A stretch of DNA of 64,000 nt from Ginglymostoma cirratum (taxonomy: Eukaryota): assembly GCA_024137785.1 (NCBI GenBank), contig JAHRHZ010000018.1, positions 36,612,543-36,676,542 of the forward strand. Reading direction: 5' to 3'. The notes below the pieces were generated by a model that had not been told where the DNA came from, did not search any database, and saw only the letters and a program-made list of their open reading frames with translations. This document shows positions 1 to 13,074 of this stretch, piece by piece; position 1 is the stretch's first letter, and each line of letters opens with the position of its first letter. The position numbers were made by a program, and so were the translations under genes.

Positions 1-65
1 AAGTTTTCCTGCTCCTATGATGCTGCTTGACCTGCTGTGTTCATCCAGCCCCATGCTTGTTATCT
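1..65 (+). mobile_element. Short Penelope-derived element family A, 3' part (cut by window edge)
   Basis: Identical over 65 nt to 45906-45970 and similar to the copies at 6021, 18763 and 24097. Confidence 0.85.
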
Positions 66-198
66 TTTGAATGTGTTTGCCAGTTTACTTTCGGCAAATG
101 TTGTTAACTGTGGCAAAAACTTCTAGATGATTAAATTCATTCAAATGTAGGACTGAATATTACACTTTTTGGCATAGTGGGAGACATGTCAAGATTGG

Positions 199-1881
199 TG
201 GAGAGATTTTCACCACGTGGCCTAATGGGGTTTCTCAATATCTCTTACCAAACTTGCTGCATTAATTGGTTTCAACCCTTATGATGAATGCCACATCTGA
301 TTTCTGTAACATCTTACCACATACCATGCCCAGTGCAACTCACCATTCACCTGAGATCCCAAATAGACTAATTTCCTTGGTTCTGGAGCCATATTGAAAA
401 GGCCATAGTGTATCTAGACAAGCACTGACAGCCCAGTGCTGCCATGCGCAGTTACTGACATTTGTACCTGACATGGCACACAAAGGGAAATTAGTGCCCG
501 CTTTGTAGGCACAGTTTTGGAGGCTTCTGCTGGATGGGGTGATGCATAAACAGGATTTTCTCTTCCCCGAGGAGCAGATAATGGAGGCCACCCAAGTTAG
601 AGCAGTATCAGCCATCCGGGGGAATGCACAGCCCTGTAGAATGAAGGTCAATGTCCTTTTCAACTCCATCAGCTTAAGTGCCACCATATTTTTTCCAACA
701 TCTCACTCTCACTCCATTTCTGCTACTGCATATTCCTTCCACCAAGGCTTACGTTCTACACATTCACAATTGCCTGCAACATCTTTCCTACTTGACCTCA
801 CCCACCCCCCAACCTGTGTCAACACTAACCCCTGCATGCTTTCTGTGCAGCCTACTCACCTGTTAGGGAAACTACCCAACATGAACCAAAAGGGGTAGCT
901 GTCTCACCCATGTTCATCTTCTGTAATACATGTCTCTCTCAAATTGCCAGAGGAAAACAGCCCAAAATAAGACAGAAGAAGTCAAGATGGGTGGTGCGCT
1001 GCCAGTCATTGGCGCCTCACTTTTATGAGGACAGGATCCTGGCCCTGACTGCCCAGAGCAGGGCTTGGATTTGCTTTGGAAGCTGCCCTTAATATACTGT
1101 CCTGGGATCCCCTGAGTGAAGGCTATCTCCCTCGACTGGCTGAAGCAAACTGATAGACGTGGCAAGCTTGCAGGCTTTGTGACTGTGCTAAATGGCACAC
1201 CAAAGCAAGTAGTAATATGAGCCTGGTACCTCGAACATAGGGAAAATGTGCAAAAAGGCAAGGCAGAGCAGAGATGCTGTAAGTATCCATTTAGATTCAG
1301 AGTGAGTGAATACTATGACAACAAGTGGAGAGCCCAGAGATGCAGCCTGGTCCAGTCGATGAGCTGGGTGTCCCTGAGTCCTGTAGCATTACAATGATAG
1401 TTGCTGGTGCAGTCTGAGGTGCAGCATTGAAGTGCAGAAACATCCAGTATACAAATCAGAGATGGGCACAATGGTTCATAGAGACTGCATGTTTGGTGAG
1501 TCTGGCTGTAACCTTGGGAGCATGCCCCGAAACATTAGCACCTGGCATCCAACAAGGAAATGTTTTAGAGAAAGCAAAGAGTTGAACCCGCCAAGAATCA
1601 ACTCATGTTTCCCTGTTCAGTTTTCCCACCAGCTAGTTTGTAAGGTGAGTTTGGCAAGATCGCAGCCCGTGCTGGGTTAGACGGTTAAACAAGTTATTTA
1701 ATAAGCATCATTGGGCACCCAGCATTTCCTAGCTAGAATCTCACTATATCACTTGAGTAAGGCATGTAAATGCAGCAGGATGCTTTTCATGTAGAGCTGA
1801 GCCTCATTGAACATCTCACCCGATTCTAACACTCTACTTGCTATTGCCCACATCACTCAAAACCTGAGAAAATTTCATCCA
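199..1881 (+). mobile_element. Non-autonomous PIF/Harbinger-type element carrying a decayed Myb/SANT-like ORF
   Basis: LLLDGVMHKQDFLFP..TQVRAVSAIRGNAQPCRMKVNVL (about 520-665) resembles Harbinger Myb/SANT proteins. Imperfect TIRs tggagagattttc / gaaaatttcatcca. Colinear inverted homolog at 58720-60365. Confidence 0.7.
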
Positions 1882-4239
1882 TTATGTTAGATTTACAATG
1901 TGGAAAGCCTGCTCATCCTCTGAATGGTGTGTGTGATGCTGGGGGTGTATTTTGGAAGCTTGTGAAGAAATGGTCACTTCACATTGTGTAAGTCAACCGG
2001 CTGGTGAAACTTCCGACTCACCATGTGATGATCCCACTTTATGTTTGCCTTTGAGGCATGTGTCGTACCTGTATCTGAGCTGGTGGCTTTGCATGTCAGA
2101 TCAACTGATAATCTCTTCTTTTCTGTTGTGCTGTTGTTTGTTTCTCATCCACATTGATAGCTAAAAATTAATACCTTCAATCATTTATGTTGCTTGGACT
2201 GATAACATTTTTTCTAATTTTGAATATTTCAAGCGCAATTGCAGAGTAGGTGACACTGTAGATTTATAGTATTGCCTGGTACAGCCCAAAGTAATAGGAT
2301 GAATGCCTTTTTTTTCTTACATTGGTAATGGTTCTTTGTGAATTGTTTGGATGGTCTCAATCCCATTTCTCATGGCTGTACTACAAACTGTCCATATTTT
2401 TTATGTCTCATTCAGAAATGCCATAAGAGTGACTGCTTTGGGAAATTAAAAATGACACACTAGTGCAGTAGGGATTGGAGTCATGGTTCATTGTTGGCAC
2501 GTGGTGGAAGAAGCATTATCTTGCATCTGGCTAGGCTTAACTATATTATAAGGGTCTCACATATTGCAGCCTCCTCAGTAATCCTAAATCCAGCTTCAAT
2601 AGCAAGCATTCACAAACAGAACCGACACTTACAGGTAATTCTGACCTTCCAGTTCATGCCTTTTCATCATACAGTCAGTGGCAATCGTACATTTGATTGT
2701 GGCCTTTCACAAGAATTGTGGAGGATCTTAGTAACTGCTCAATTATTATAATTAAAAATTCATTCCTTGATTTAGAGTGGTTTCATCACTGAGATTTACA
2801 TATTTTTGTTAATGAACTGTAGAAAAAGAAAGTTGTATTAAGGAAAGACGTACCCAAGGTTCTGATGTCAGAAACAGCACTTATTATGAATTTACTACAA
2901 ATATCCACATTTCAACAGTGTGACCATCTAATTTCCACCACATGAGTACCAAAATCAATCCATAAGTAAATTCAATCCTTTTTCTAAAATAACTTTTGGT
3001 AGAACATTTTTGAGTACAGTGTGTAGAATATTAACATAATGTTATGATGCAGCCAAGTAAAATTAAATGTCTCAAGTATTGAAGGAATAGTTACAAAATT
3101 TCTTGCAACTTAACAAATGTGTTGCCATTGACTTAACTGTGGCCAAACACCAGTTCCTTCAGTCACGGTCAGAAGCTTTTTTTTAAGCAGTAAGGAAAAT
3201 CACTTACTGCCCAGATGAAAAGTCAGACAATGAAGCAGAAGTGAACTGCAAACCTGTCAGAACAAATCAAATGCAACAACAAAAACAAGAGACAAAAATT
3301 GCAGAATTGTTTTCAGGGGGAGAAATGAATTGAAATGATGCATAAGTTGACAAGATGGTTTGCATTTCAGTCAATGGAACCAGAAAGTCAGTCATTCATG
3401 GCTCATGTCCAAGTGGAATTTTCCTTGCCCTGCCCTGCAGTTAGTACGCATTTTAGTTTGGCTTAATTATTAATTACTCCTGTGTTTATTACTAAGAATA
3501 ATAGAGAGAATAGCCGTTGGATACATGCCAAATACCAATTTTGTGATTTTTTTTAAAGTTGCCTTTGAATTTCTGAAGGATTATATGCTAGACCCTCTAA
3601 GTGTGGTTTATTTAGCATCCCACAAGTGTTCCCTTTGGAAATGCCCTTGGCAATAATCATACAAAATACATGAGAAAAGAGGAAATGTAAGTTGATTTTT
3701 GTCTCCCACAGGAAAATGTTGTAAACTGTATAATTGCTGAGTCGATTTATGCTCTCTCCTCCATCTGCTACAGACTCGTGAGTTTGCATTAGAATTTGAA
3801 TTAAGTATGTGGAACAATTATACTCAAAGCCTAAATTATGCAACTGCTTTTGATACTGAGGGGTAGAAATCGGATCTCATTCCAACCTTGTTACAAGTAC
3901 ATCGAGGGCCAACTTTAGGACCAGAGTCTCACACATAATGGATGCCACAAAGATCTGTGACCCACTATTCAATCCGATGTTTTCCCAAGCATCTTTGGCT
4001 GTTTCCTAGGAATGTGATTGAGTGTCTTAATGCCTGTTTTCAGCCTCTTCTTTTTCTCCAGTATCTGGGCCTGCTCTGCTCTGAATTCATAACCAGTTGC
4101 CTAGCATCAACAACCAAAGGCTGTACAGTATTTTCCCAACTCCTTTGAGCTACAGGTAACAATCACACCCCTCCTGACCACACTGTTGATGCGCCTTCAA
4201 ATCACCGCTAGCAATATAAATGGCCTGACTGTCATTTCT

Positions 4240-4800
4240 TCAAAAGGTACTGGTGGTAGCCAGCTGCCTTCTTAAACTACTGCAGTCCATGTGCTATAGG
4301 TAGATCCACAATGCCATTGGGTGGGGGGATTTCCATGAGGTTGACCCAATGACACTGAAGGAGAGTTGGAATATTTCCAAGTCTAGATGGCAAGTAGCTT
4401 GGAGGGGAACTTGCAGGTAGTGGTGTTCCCATGTATCTGCCGACTTTGTTCTTCGTAGTAGTGGTCAGGTGCTGTCAAAGGATCTTAGGTGAAGTTCTAC
4501 AGTGTATCTTGTAGATAATATAGTCCGCTGCTGCTGAGCATCCATGGTGGAATAACTGAATATTTATCGATGTGGTGCCAATCAAACTGGCTATTTTGTC
4601 CTGGATGAATGCACTCATCCAGGCAAGTGGGCATTATTCCATCATACTTATGGCTTTGCCTTGTGGATAGTGGACAGGTCTTGGAGAGTCAGGAAGTAAG
4701 TTACTCTCTGTAACTTGTAACACTGTAAGTGTTCGTATTTTGGCCAGCTCTTGTAGCCACCATATTTATATGGCAGGTCCAGTTCAGGTTCTGTAAATTG
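4240..4800 (-). mobile_element. 3' fragment of the same LINE family as 38730-40695
   Basis: Reverse-complement similarity to 40080-40630 (cagctgccttctt, ttggaggggaactt, gtggctacaa). Confidence 0.8.
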
Positions 4801-6020
4801 TTTTGGAAGAACAATATTCCATTCTGGTAAACGCAGACATTTTCTAATTAATACCACTATGGGAACAGCATCTGCAAAAAACATAACAGTTTAAGGAATC
4901 TGTGGTGTAAGGGCTGTAGGACCCTGGAGCAAGCTTGTGGTGAAGTCACGGAGCTGCTCCTCACTGGGCATAAGAAAAAGAGGAAAAGAATAGAAGAGAG
5001 AAACACACACAGAACTAGGCTGAAGGTGGATGTCTAGCTCAATTGTGAGTTTCTAAGTTGGGAAAAGCTGAGAGCCAAGCAGTTGTCCTTAAAAATTCTA
5101 CAATGCTTTCCCTGAGAAGCTTGCTAGTTGAATTTTCTACATTCTGAAGACAAACAGGTTCCTTCAAACCAAGTGGAATCACATAAATGCCGAGAAAAGG
5201 AATGGACGATTCTTCAAAATTCATCATTTATGTGTAAAACAGCTGATGATAGAGCATTAAGAGAATTCCAGCACTGATTAGCCAACTAAAATTCCACCAT
5301 CAACTCTCCAGTGACACTAAAAAGAAAACATTAACCTAAAAGGAGTAGGACTCCTATATTGAAGTGGTGGTGTTTAATATGAGAGTATTCATTTTTTTTG
5401 TGGATTTTATATTAAAGATTACTGGCTGCACTGAAAAATGTGGCTGTAAAGCACTTTGAGATATTTTGAAAATGTTATTTTAAAACAAAAATATCTATTT
5501 TAGTTTTTTTCTCACTGCCCAATATTAGCAATTTGGCAATGTTCTGGACTTCAAACTAGGTGCAGTTAGCTGGAGCATATTTGGTACAGCTGTCAGGGAG
5601 CAGGTCCGATTTAAAATAGTATACCATTGAGATATTACCAACACACTTTCCTTGTATATTTATGGATTCATTAAAAAAACATTAAACTAAATAAAATAGT
5701 GATGTTATTTTGTAACACTCTGGTCAATGACTTTCAGTGACATTTACAGCAGACATATTTAACTTCTCTACCTGTAATCCGCAACTATTTTGTGCAGTGT
5801 CAAACCTTGACATTCCTTTACCAAAGAGTACACTGATGTTCCCCATCCTCCTTCCTGTCTGCCATGGCTAACCAACAACCTCATCCCACATTATGGAATG
5901 TGTTTTGGAATGAACAACTTAACAAAACTTCACGGTATTCTAATATTATACAACACCATGTAATCATTGTAATAATCTCATTATCCAAGATATTTCCAAA
6001 CAAAACAAGAATAAAGTTGG

Positions 6021-6179
6021 AGATAACAAGGTGTAAAGCTGGATGAACACAGCTTCAGAAAAGGTCTAGGCCCAAAACATCAACTTTCCTGCTCCTCTGA
6101 TGCTGCTTGGCCTGCTGTGTTCATCCAGCTCTACACCTTGTTATCTCAGATTCTCCAGCATGAGCAGTCCCTACTATCT
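6021..6179 (+). mobile_element. Short Penelope-derived element family A with inverted 5' segment
   Basis: agataacaaggtgtaaagctggatgaacacagc is inverted relative to gctgtgttcatccagctctacaccttgttatct. TSD caagaataaa(g/a)ttgg at 6006-6020 and 6180-6194. Confidence 0.85.
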
Positions 6180-6299
6180 CAAGAATAAAATTGGGGTGGG
6201 ATGGGAAATGTAGCAGTCAATGCTTGAAATGAACAATGTACCTATTGAACTGAGATATCAGAGAACTTAGGTGATTCTGACATAAGCTCTTTTAGTTTA

Positions 6300-6980
6300 T
6301 TCATCTCATCTCTGTTTTAAAATGAGCAATCGTTAATGGCCTGATTTTTTAAAACAGTGGCCACTGGTTCTAGATTGACCCACAAGAGTAAACATCATCT
6401 CTACATCTGCCTTGTCAAGACCTCAGGATCTTACATGTTACAATCAAGTCACTTCTTACTCCGCAGTGGATACAACCCTAGCAATATGCAATCCTCCCCA
6501 TACCCATTCCAAGTATTAGTCTAGTAAGCCTTCTCTGAACTACAGCCCCAGCTTTGACATCCTTTCTTATGCATGGAGACCAGTACTTTGCAAATGCAAT
6601 CTCGCCAGTGCCCCATATAACTGAACTATTACCTCCCTACCCTCGTATCGAATTTCCCTTGCAATAAATGATAACACTCTGTTAGCTTTCCTAACTACTT
6701 GCTGTATTGCAAACTAACTTTGCTCATGGCGACAGACATCAAAATCATGGCAGCTCTGCAATCTCTTACCAATTAGATAATATGCTTTTTTACTCTTCTT
6801 ACCAAGATCAACCATTTCACATTTTTCACATAATACCCCATTTGCCATATATTTACCTATTTACTTAACCTATTTATAACATTTTATATCCTTCTCATGC
6901 TTTTTTCACGACCTAATTTTTTACCTATTTGATGTCATCAGCAAATTTGGCAACTGTACATTCAATCCCCTAATCAGCTC
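6300..6980 (-). mobile_element. CR1 LINE 3' fragment
   Basis: gtgtcatcagcaaatt-like motif (minus-strand KFADDI) at about 6930-6950 plus CR1 3' ORF2 features. Confidence 0.7.
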
Positions 6981-7779
6981 AACTTCTAAACCATTGAAGT
7001 ACCAACCCTGGTCTCTGTGATACACCTGGTAATTTGCCCTCTGTCCAAATTCCACTAGGTATATTGAATTAAAATTTCCCCCATTACTAGTTCACAGCAC
7101 TTTTCCTCATAACCTGATATGTCAAATTCCAGTAACAAGCAAAATACTTCAACTGCTAAGCCAAGTATTCCTCATATTCCAAGTAAAATAATTCTAGCAT
7201 ATTGTTATCCAATAGTATCAAAAAAAATTGCAAGATTGCTTCAAAATGTGTATGTGTGTTTCTGTGTTCTTGAGAACTAAAAGCAAAATGAAAGTTCTCC
7301 TTTACCACCAACAGTTACCATTCTCTTGAGCATTACCCCTTCTGCAATTGTGGGTAGTTAATTTGTCCTACTTACGTCTTTCAGAAATTGTCCTAGAGGT
7401 GTGTTTGAGACATGCTGCAGCATATGTGAGTGAAATGTCAGCTTTTATCTATTTATCTGACATATCCAGCTTGAAATGAACACAAAACAGATTTTTGTAT
7501 CTTCATGTAGAAAAATAGGAAAAGAATGACAGCCACATGCAAGTTGGGTTTTTCTTTCTAAAATTGCTTTTCAATTTTGTCCCATTTCCTACTCTTTTCC
7601 TGAAGCCACTAACTTCTTGCTGAGGAGCAATTCCACAAGGGTTTGAAGATATTGGTGCTTGTAAAATGCAGCTTGTTTGCCACATACACACCTACTCTTA
7701 TTCTGTCTCCCATTTTGCTGGGCCAGTTGAGGCTTTGGCTATCTTGTCTGACGTTAAGCTACTGAATTGTCCTGACGTG

Positions 7780-7782
<3 letters not shown>

Positions 7783-7852
<70 letters not shown>
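7783..7852. repeat. (TG)35 microsatellite
   Basis: Perfect TG run followed by agagag. Confidence 0.98.
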
Positions 7853-7859
<7 letters not shown>

Positions 7860-8021
7860 CTGTGTATGTGCATGTAAGCAGGAGCTTCAGCAATGCACTG
7901 TGGGGTTGGACAATATTTTTCAGGGCCGCGGGAGGGTCTGGTGTGGAACTTCCTTTACAGGTCCCATGCGCCTTTCAGAAGCAACCCTCATCAAAATTAC
8001 ATCCATCTGCGATGAAAGACA

Positions 8022-8831
8022 TGTAATATATTTTTAAAAGTTCCAAGTTTAGATTTTGAAATAGCAACATAAAGTTGTTGGCTACATTTGTGAAGGGTTT
8101 TTAAAACAAAACTAAAAGCTGTATCAGAGTATCCTTCTGGAATAGTGACCTAATTCAGTATGTGTCAGAGAGCAGTGAATCTCTGGAATGTTAATGGAAA
8201 ACTGTTTTTATTGTAGGGGTTTATGACAACTAGAGTAAACACTGAAGGATATTCAATCGTATTTAGTTTAGTATAATCAAGGATTGATATTTACCTTCGA
8301 AAACCCTGAGACTGAAATTCTTAGGGCAGTTTGGAGGAGACCTAACTTAGTCAGGAGCATGCATAGTCTTGTTCCTAGTAAGATCAATTAAAGTAATAAG
8401 ATATTTCAGCAGAAAAGTTTGGTTTGTGCAACTTCCAGATTACAGCATTCGTTAGAAATTTGCAGGTTCTTAGAACCTGGGCTCTCAATCTTGTGAGAGC
8501 AGGCTCCACTGTTCACAAGACAGAATAGAGGGAGAATCAGTTCAGTCAAACTTAAAGTTTTGATATAGAGGTACGGTTGAAACTTCCTTATGCTGGTTAC
8601 TTGAATACTTTACGAATTGTGTTCTATATTCAGATGGCTTGGTTTTTTGGGGTTTTTTTTGTTTTCACCTGCAGTGCAAGAAACTTCTGTTATGTTTTTA
8701 AAGAACCTTTGCAACTTCATGTGATTATGTTTCAATAAGAGACATAACTAAAACAAAAAATAATCTATCAGGCCAGGTTTCATTCTGAGATCTAACCTGT
8801 CCAATAGTGCCAACAGCTGGGGGTCACAACA
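8022..8831 (+). mobile_element. Probable solo LTR
   Basis: TG..CA termini (ends gggtcacaaca), non-coding, LTR-like composition; the 5' boundary is uncertain. Confidence 0.35.
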
Positions 8832-11149
8832 TACTCCATTAACTCATATCCTCTTAAACTTGAATTGCCAAAGCCCTCACTTCCCTTGCTGAGGCCTTCC
8901 AGACCACAATATCCCAAACATACCACCAGACCACACTTCATCAACTCCTTTACTTTTAGGGATTGCTCTAATCCAAATAGTGAGGTAAACCAGTACAAGG
9001 TAGAAATGACCAGAGCCAGTCCAAGCTGGTCTTGTTAATTATATTTTTCTGCTTGATCACCTTTTTTCTTTATTCCTCCTATAACTAGGTTTCCATAGTA
9101 GCTTCTAGTTCCAATATGAGTTGATCACAAGGATTGGCTGTGAAATGTGATAACCCCTGAAAATGGTCACATGGAAGGAGCGGGAGAAGACCATTTGGCA
9201 CTTTGAACCTGGCCCCTTTTTCAATAAGATCATGACTGATCTTGTTGTAAACCCATCTTTACTTTCTACTTTTGATCTTCTTCACTTTTCACCTCCCCAA
9301 CTCCCCAGTCTATCAAAAATCTATCTTACAGCCTTGAATGAACTTAGAGACCCAACTTCCACCACAAAAATAATTCCGCTACGAATGACCCCAAGAGAAA
9401 AAAAACTTCTCATTTCCGTCTTAAAACTTCAGGAGCAAGCATGCATGCCTGAGAAACTTGGTGTGATTACCAACTATCAACTTTCCCCACAAAGGCCTGA
9501 TCTCAGTCCCTGCTACAGGACCTTTGAAGTTACTCACAAGTTCTCTGATCTTTCCCCGGTTCTCTTAGATCCCACATTGGGTCCCCGTTTTTTTCCCACA
9601 CCCCAGCCTCTGGTTCTCCATTCTCCACAAACCTCTCTCCTTAGCCCTTGATTCCACGCCCACCCCTCCCCACCCCCCGTCTGCAGGCCTCCATTCACAC
9701 CTCTGTTTCCCAGAAAAGGCTCCAATTTTTCCATTTCCCTCAATTCCCTGCAAAATCTCCAAAATCACATGCATCCACAACCTCAAGATTAGAAGTCATT
9801 CTGATCAACTTCCTTTTCTAATCAAAGCTCCCTGCCACACCACGCCTTAACTCCCTTCCCCAGTGTCAAATTTAACGCACGTCTTTCATTGACTAACTTC
9901 CCATCTGATCGGAAATCAATGGTTTTCAGATATTCCCTTTCCCGAAGCTTGGGTACATAAAAATGCAGCCCATCTTTCGTCACCGAGACTGTGGTAGGTC
10001 AGTTGCTCCCTGAACACGTTAGGCAGATATGACACTAGACAGATATTGTACAATAACCAGAGTTATTAACAACTAACCAGAGAGTAGTCGTTCAACTCTT
10101 TAGTGCCAGTGGCATACATATTTCAGCCATTTGTGACTAAAATGTGACTTTAACTTTTGACTTGAGCTCTCAAATGACAGCGAAAGCTTCAAATCCATGC
10201 TGTATACTAAGTAGTGACATGTTTTATCTGCCATACTTCCAACAGGCACTCACTATGGATAAGCTACCATCCTCAGATATTGCTGGGCACAATACCAGGG
10301 CCTGGCACATGTACTCATCAGGTTATCTTTCTAAGGCCACTTGTAGTACCCAGAAAACGAGCACAAAATATCTACATTTTGCAGCCTTAAAATATTACCT
10401 CTCACCCTTTCTTCACAGATGCTGTCTGCACCATTGATGTTTCCATCAAATTTTGTTTTTACATCAGATTCCCAGAATCTGTTCCTGAAGTTAGTATTTC
10501 AGACAATTGTGGCTCATGCTCTGCTCCCTAGCCCAAAGGCACTGCCATAAGTTGCCATTTCTTTGCCACAGTTTTAGCTGATTCTGTGCTAGCTTAGAGA
10601 GAGGCGATAGTTGGAGACAATAGTTATAATAATGCCATTGTCAATCTTATTTTAACTTGACGCAACACCATGGAAATTAATGTTGCTGATAGCATGCAGT
10701 TAAGTTAAAATGGTTAATATGCTGTTTGGGGACTGAAATGAGCAATTAAAACACTTTTATAAATGGAGTTAAATTGTGAAAGCATCTCAGGGTAAAGTAC
10801 CTAAGAGATATGGGAGGGGCAAGAACATATATTAACAATTAATTTAAAGCAAATATATAATTCATACAATGTAGGAAAATTGGTAGTGTGCTAATGATGT
10901 CCCAATACTTTTGCATATTTGCATATCTAAATGCAAACATTTTTGAGTAAAAATTAGCTGCTGCAACATTTTGAGACTCAGTGATTTAATGCATGTTTAA
11001 CAAAAATGCCAATTACTGGAAAGGTTATACCAAGTCAGTTAACATCTGTAAAGAAAAAGAACAGGCTTTTCAAGCATTTCAGAAGTGATTTTCCTCTTGA
11101 ATTTGATAATATGAATAATCAGTTCGGCAGAAAGCAAAGAGAAAATCAG

Positions 11150-11159
11150 NNNNNNNNNN
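11150..11159. other. Assembly gap (10 N) with duplicated 47-bp flanks
   Basis: 11103-11149 is identical to 11160-11206. Confidence 0.95.
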
Positions 11160-12016
11160 TTGATAATATGAATAATCAGTTCGGCAGAAAGCAAAGAGAA
11201 AATCAGACAGGGAAGATTTCATATTTGATATGGAGTATGGTTGATTTTTCCATTCATCAAATTACATGGACACAAAGTTGGGCAGGCTGTTTTGGGGGGC
11301 CATTGATACTCTCCACTCAAATGTTGTCTATACAGGGCAGCACCTTTCCCTATCAGAAAAGCTTGACATCATCTTTGTCTTCAATGGTCTTACCGACAGA
11401 ACAAATGTGAAATGCCCTTGTTTGAAATGAACAATGGCACTTGTGGATATCCAAATGCTGATTGGGCACCTGAAGCATCGAGTAGACGCTCATTGTATCA
11501 AAGCATTGAGACTCTCAAAAATATGCAGAATCTTTCAAATAAGGCATCAAAAGCTCACAATGTAGCTCATGATGAAGCTCTCATGGATTTTGTCGAAGCT
11601 CTCAAAAGCACCAAATAATACTGAATGCAATCAGCAAGCCATGCATTGAAAAACAGTAATTTAAAAAGCACAGCAAGAAAATTAATGGTAAGTAAATCTG
11701 AGTTTATTAATCTTTTCATTTAGTGCAATAAAAGTCTGTCTATTCTATATGGCATAAAAGCTATAAAGATAGAAACTATATAAACAATAACTGTCAAAAC
11801 TATTTAGAAAATAAAATGTATAAATAAACTAATGCACAAAAATGATAACCATCAAAACAATGAAGATTATAATAATGATGAGAAACATAAAAACATTTGA
11901 ACTCAGATTCATAGTAGATCTTAATTAGCTACATGTCTCCCATTATTTGATTTTAACCATACATACAGGATCTTACCAATTATCTTGACTTTGCACAGCA
12001 ACTGGTATTGTTAGGG

Positions 12017-12127
12017 CCCTTGTGGTGTAGTGGTAGTGCCCCTACCTTTGAGTCAAGAGATGTAGATTTAAATCCCACCTGCCCCAAAGATGTGTAATAA
12101 CATCTCTGAACAGATTACTTAGAGAAT
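12017..12127 (+). mobile_element. tRNA-derived SINE
   Basis: A-box tggtgtagtgg, degenerate B-box gatttaaatcc, then gtgtaataacatctctgaacag; inverted homolog at 15283-15395. Confidence 0.75.
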
Positions 12128-12454
12128 CTCTTTGATACTGTTGTTGAGTTCAGACTTACATTACTAGCACTCCATTTTTTTTTTGGTGGTGTTGTTGAAT
12201 TAATCCTGCAAAGATAACAAGTATTTATGGGGTCAACTCTCCTCCTTGAGTGCATCCTGTTCCACATCAACCTCTTGCTCCTTCACTGCCTGGAGGATAG
12301 AGAATTTGAGGGGAAGAGATCTGGACAGGGGAGTGAAAGAGTCCAGGAGTACAGATTGGGGGTGGAATGACACATTTATGGGAAAATCCCCGGGGTCAGA
12401 AGATCAGAGAAAATCTGGCAGTCAGTGGGGGAGATTTCAAGGAAAACCCTAAAA

Positions 12455-12590
12455 TGAAAGCAAAGTATGTACTGGAAATCTGAAAGAATAGAACAAAATG
12501 CTGAAGAAACTCAGCAGATCTGGCAGCTTCTATGGAGAGAGAGAGAAAGAAAGTTAATGTGTTGAATCCAATATGACTTTTCTTCCAAAG
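12455..12590 (-). mobile_element. Short Penelope-derived family B copy (degenerate)
   Basis: ctggaaatctgaaag..aaaatgctgaagaaactcagcagatctggcagcttctatggagaga..agttaatgtgttgaatccaatatgac resembles the copies at 12731, 47603 and 55623. Confidence 0.65.
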
Positions 12591-12730
12591 AAGAATTTGT
12601 AAAATATGTCGAAAGTTAAAATAGAAAGTTAAAATAATCTATTACTAGAAACTTATCAAATTCCTTTCTCTGCAGTAGAGCAAGAACTGATTCCAACCAG
12701 CACTAACAATTCTAACTTTGTCTCTAACTG

Positions 12731-12868
12731 AAAAACAAAAACAGAAATTGCTGGAAAAGTTCTCAGAACTGAGGAAGGATCACTGGACTCAAAACATCAG
12801 CTCTGATTTCTCTCCACAGATGCTACCAGCCTTGCTGAGCTTTTGCAAGAATTTATGTTTTTGTTTTG
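12731..12868 (+). mobile_element. Short Penelope-derived family B copy with inverted 5' segment
   Basis: aaaacaaaaacagaaattgctggaaaag is inverted relative to cttttgcaagaatttatgtttttgtttt. Core CTGAGGA-aggatc-actg-gactc-aaaa; TSD gtctc(t/c)aactg at 12720-12730 and 12869-12879. Confidence 0.8.
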
Positions 12869-13074
12869 GTCTCCAACTGTATCTTGCACATAATCCTTTT
12901 CTTGCCTGCTCTTTTCAATGATGCTGATTGCATATCTAGGACTTATCTTGCTTGCTCCTCTGTCTGTCACAGTGTTCTCCACATGCAAATTATGTCAAAT
13001 TAGATCAAGTGATCATTGCTTTTAAAAGTGAATGAGAGCTGTCAAATAATGTCAGATTTTCTCAAAACATTTTT

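Noticed and set aside
1895-2075. KPAHPLNGV / DDPTL resembling USH2A exon 61 motifs
   Set aside because: The motifs lie in different frames with wrong spacing; likely chance.
7666-8037. Cys/Val-repeat ORFs
   Set aside because: Translation of the (TG)n microsatellite.
9163-9786. 162-aa ORF and overlapping antisense ORFs
   Set aside because: C-rich low-complexity sequence with repeat fragments; no domain or splice support.
11103-11206. 47-bp tandem duplication
   Set aside because: It straddles a 10-N gap, which is typical of an unmerged contig overlap rather than biology.
11280-11620. Protein-like ORFs 11006-11410 and 11412-11618
   Set aside because: No recognisable family motif; possibly an old DNA-transposon fragment, but unsupported.
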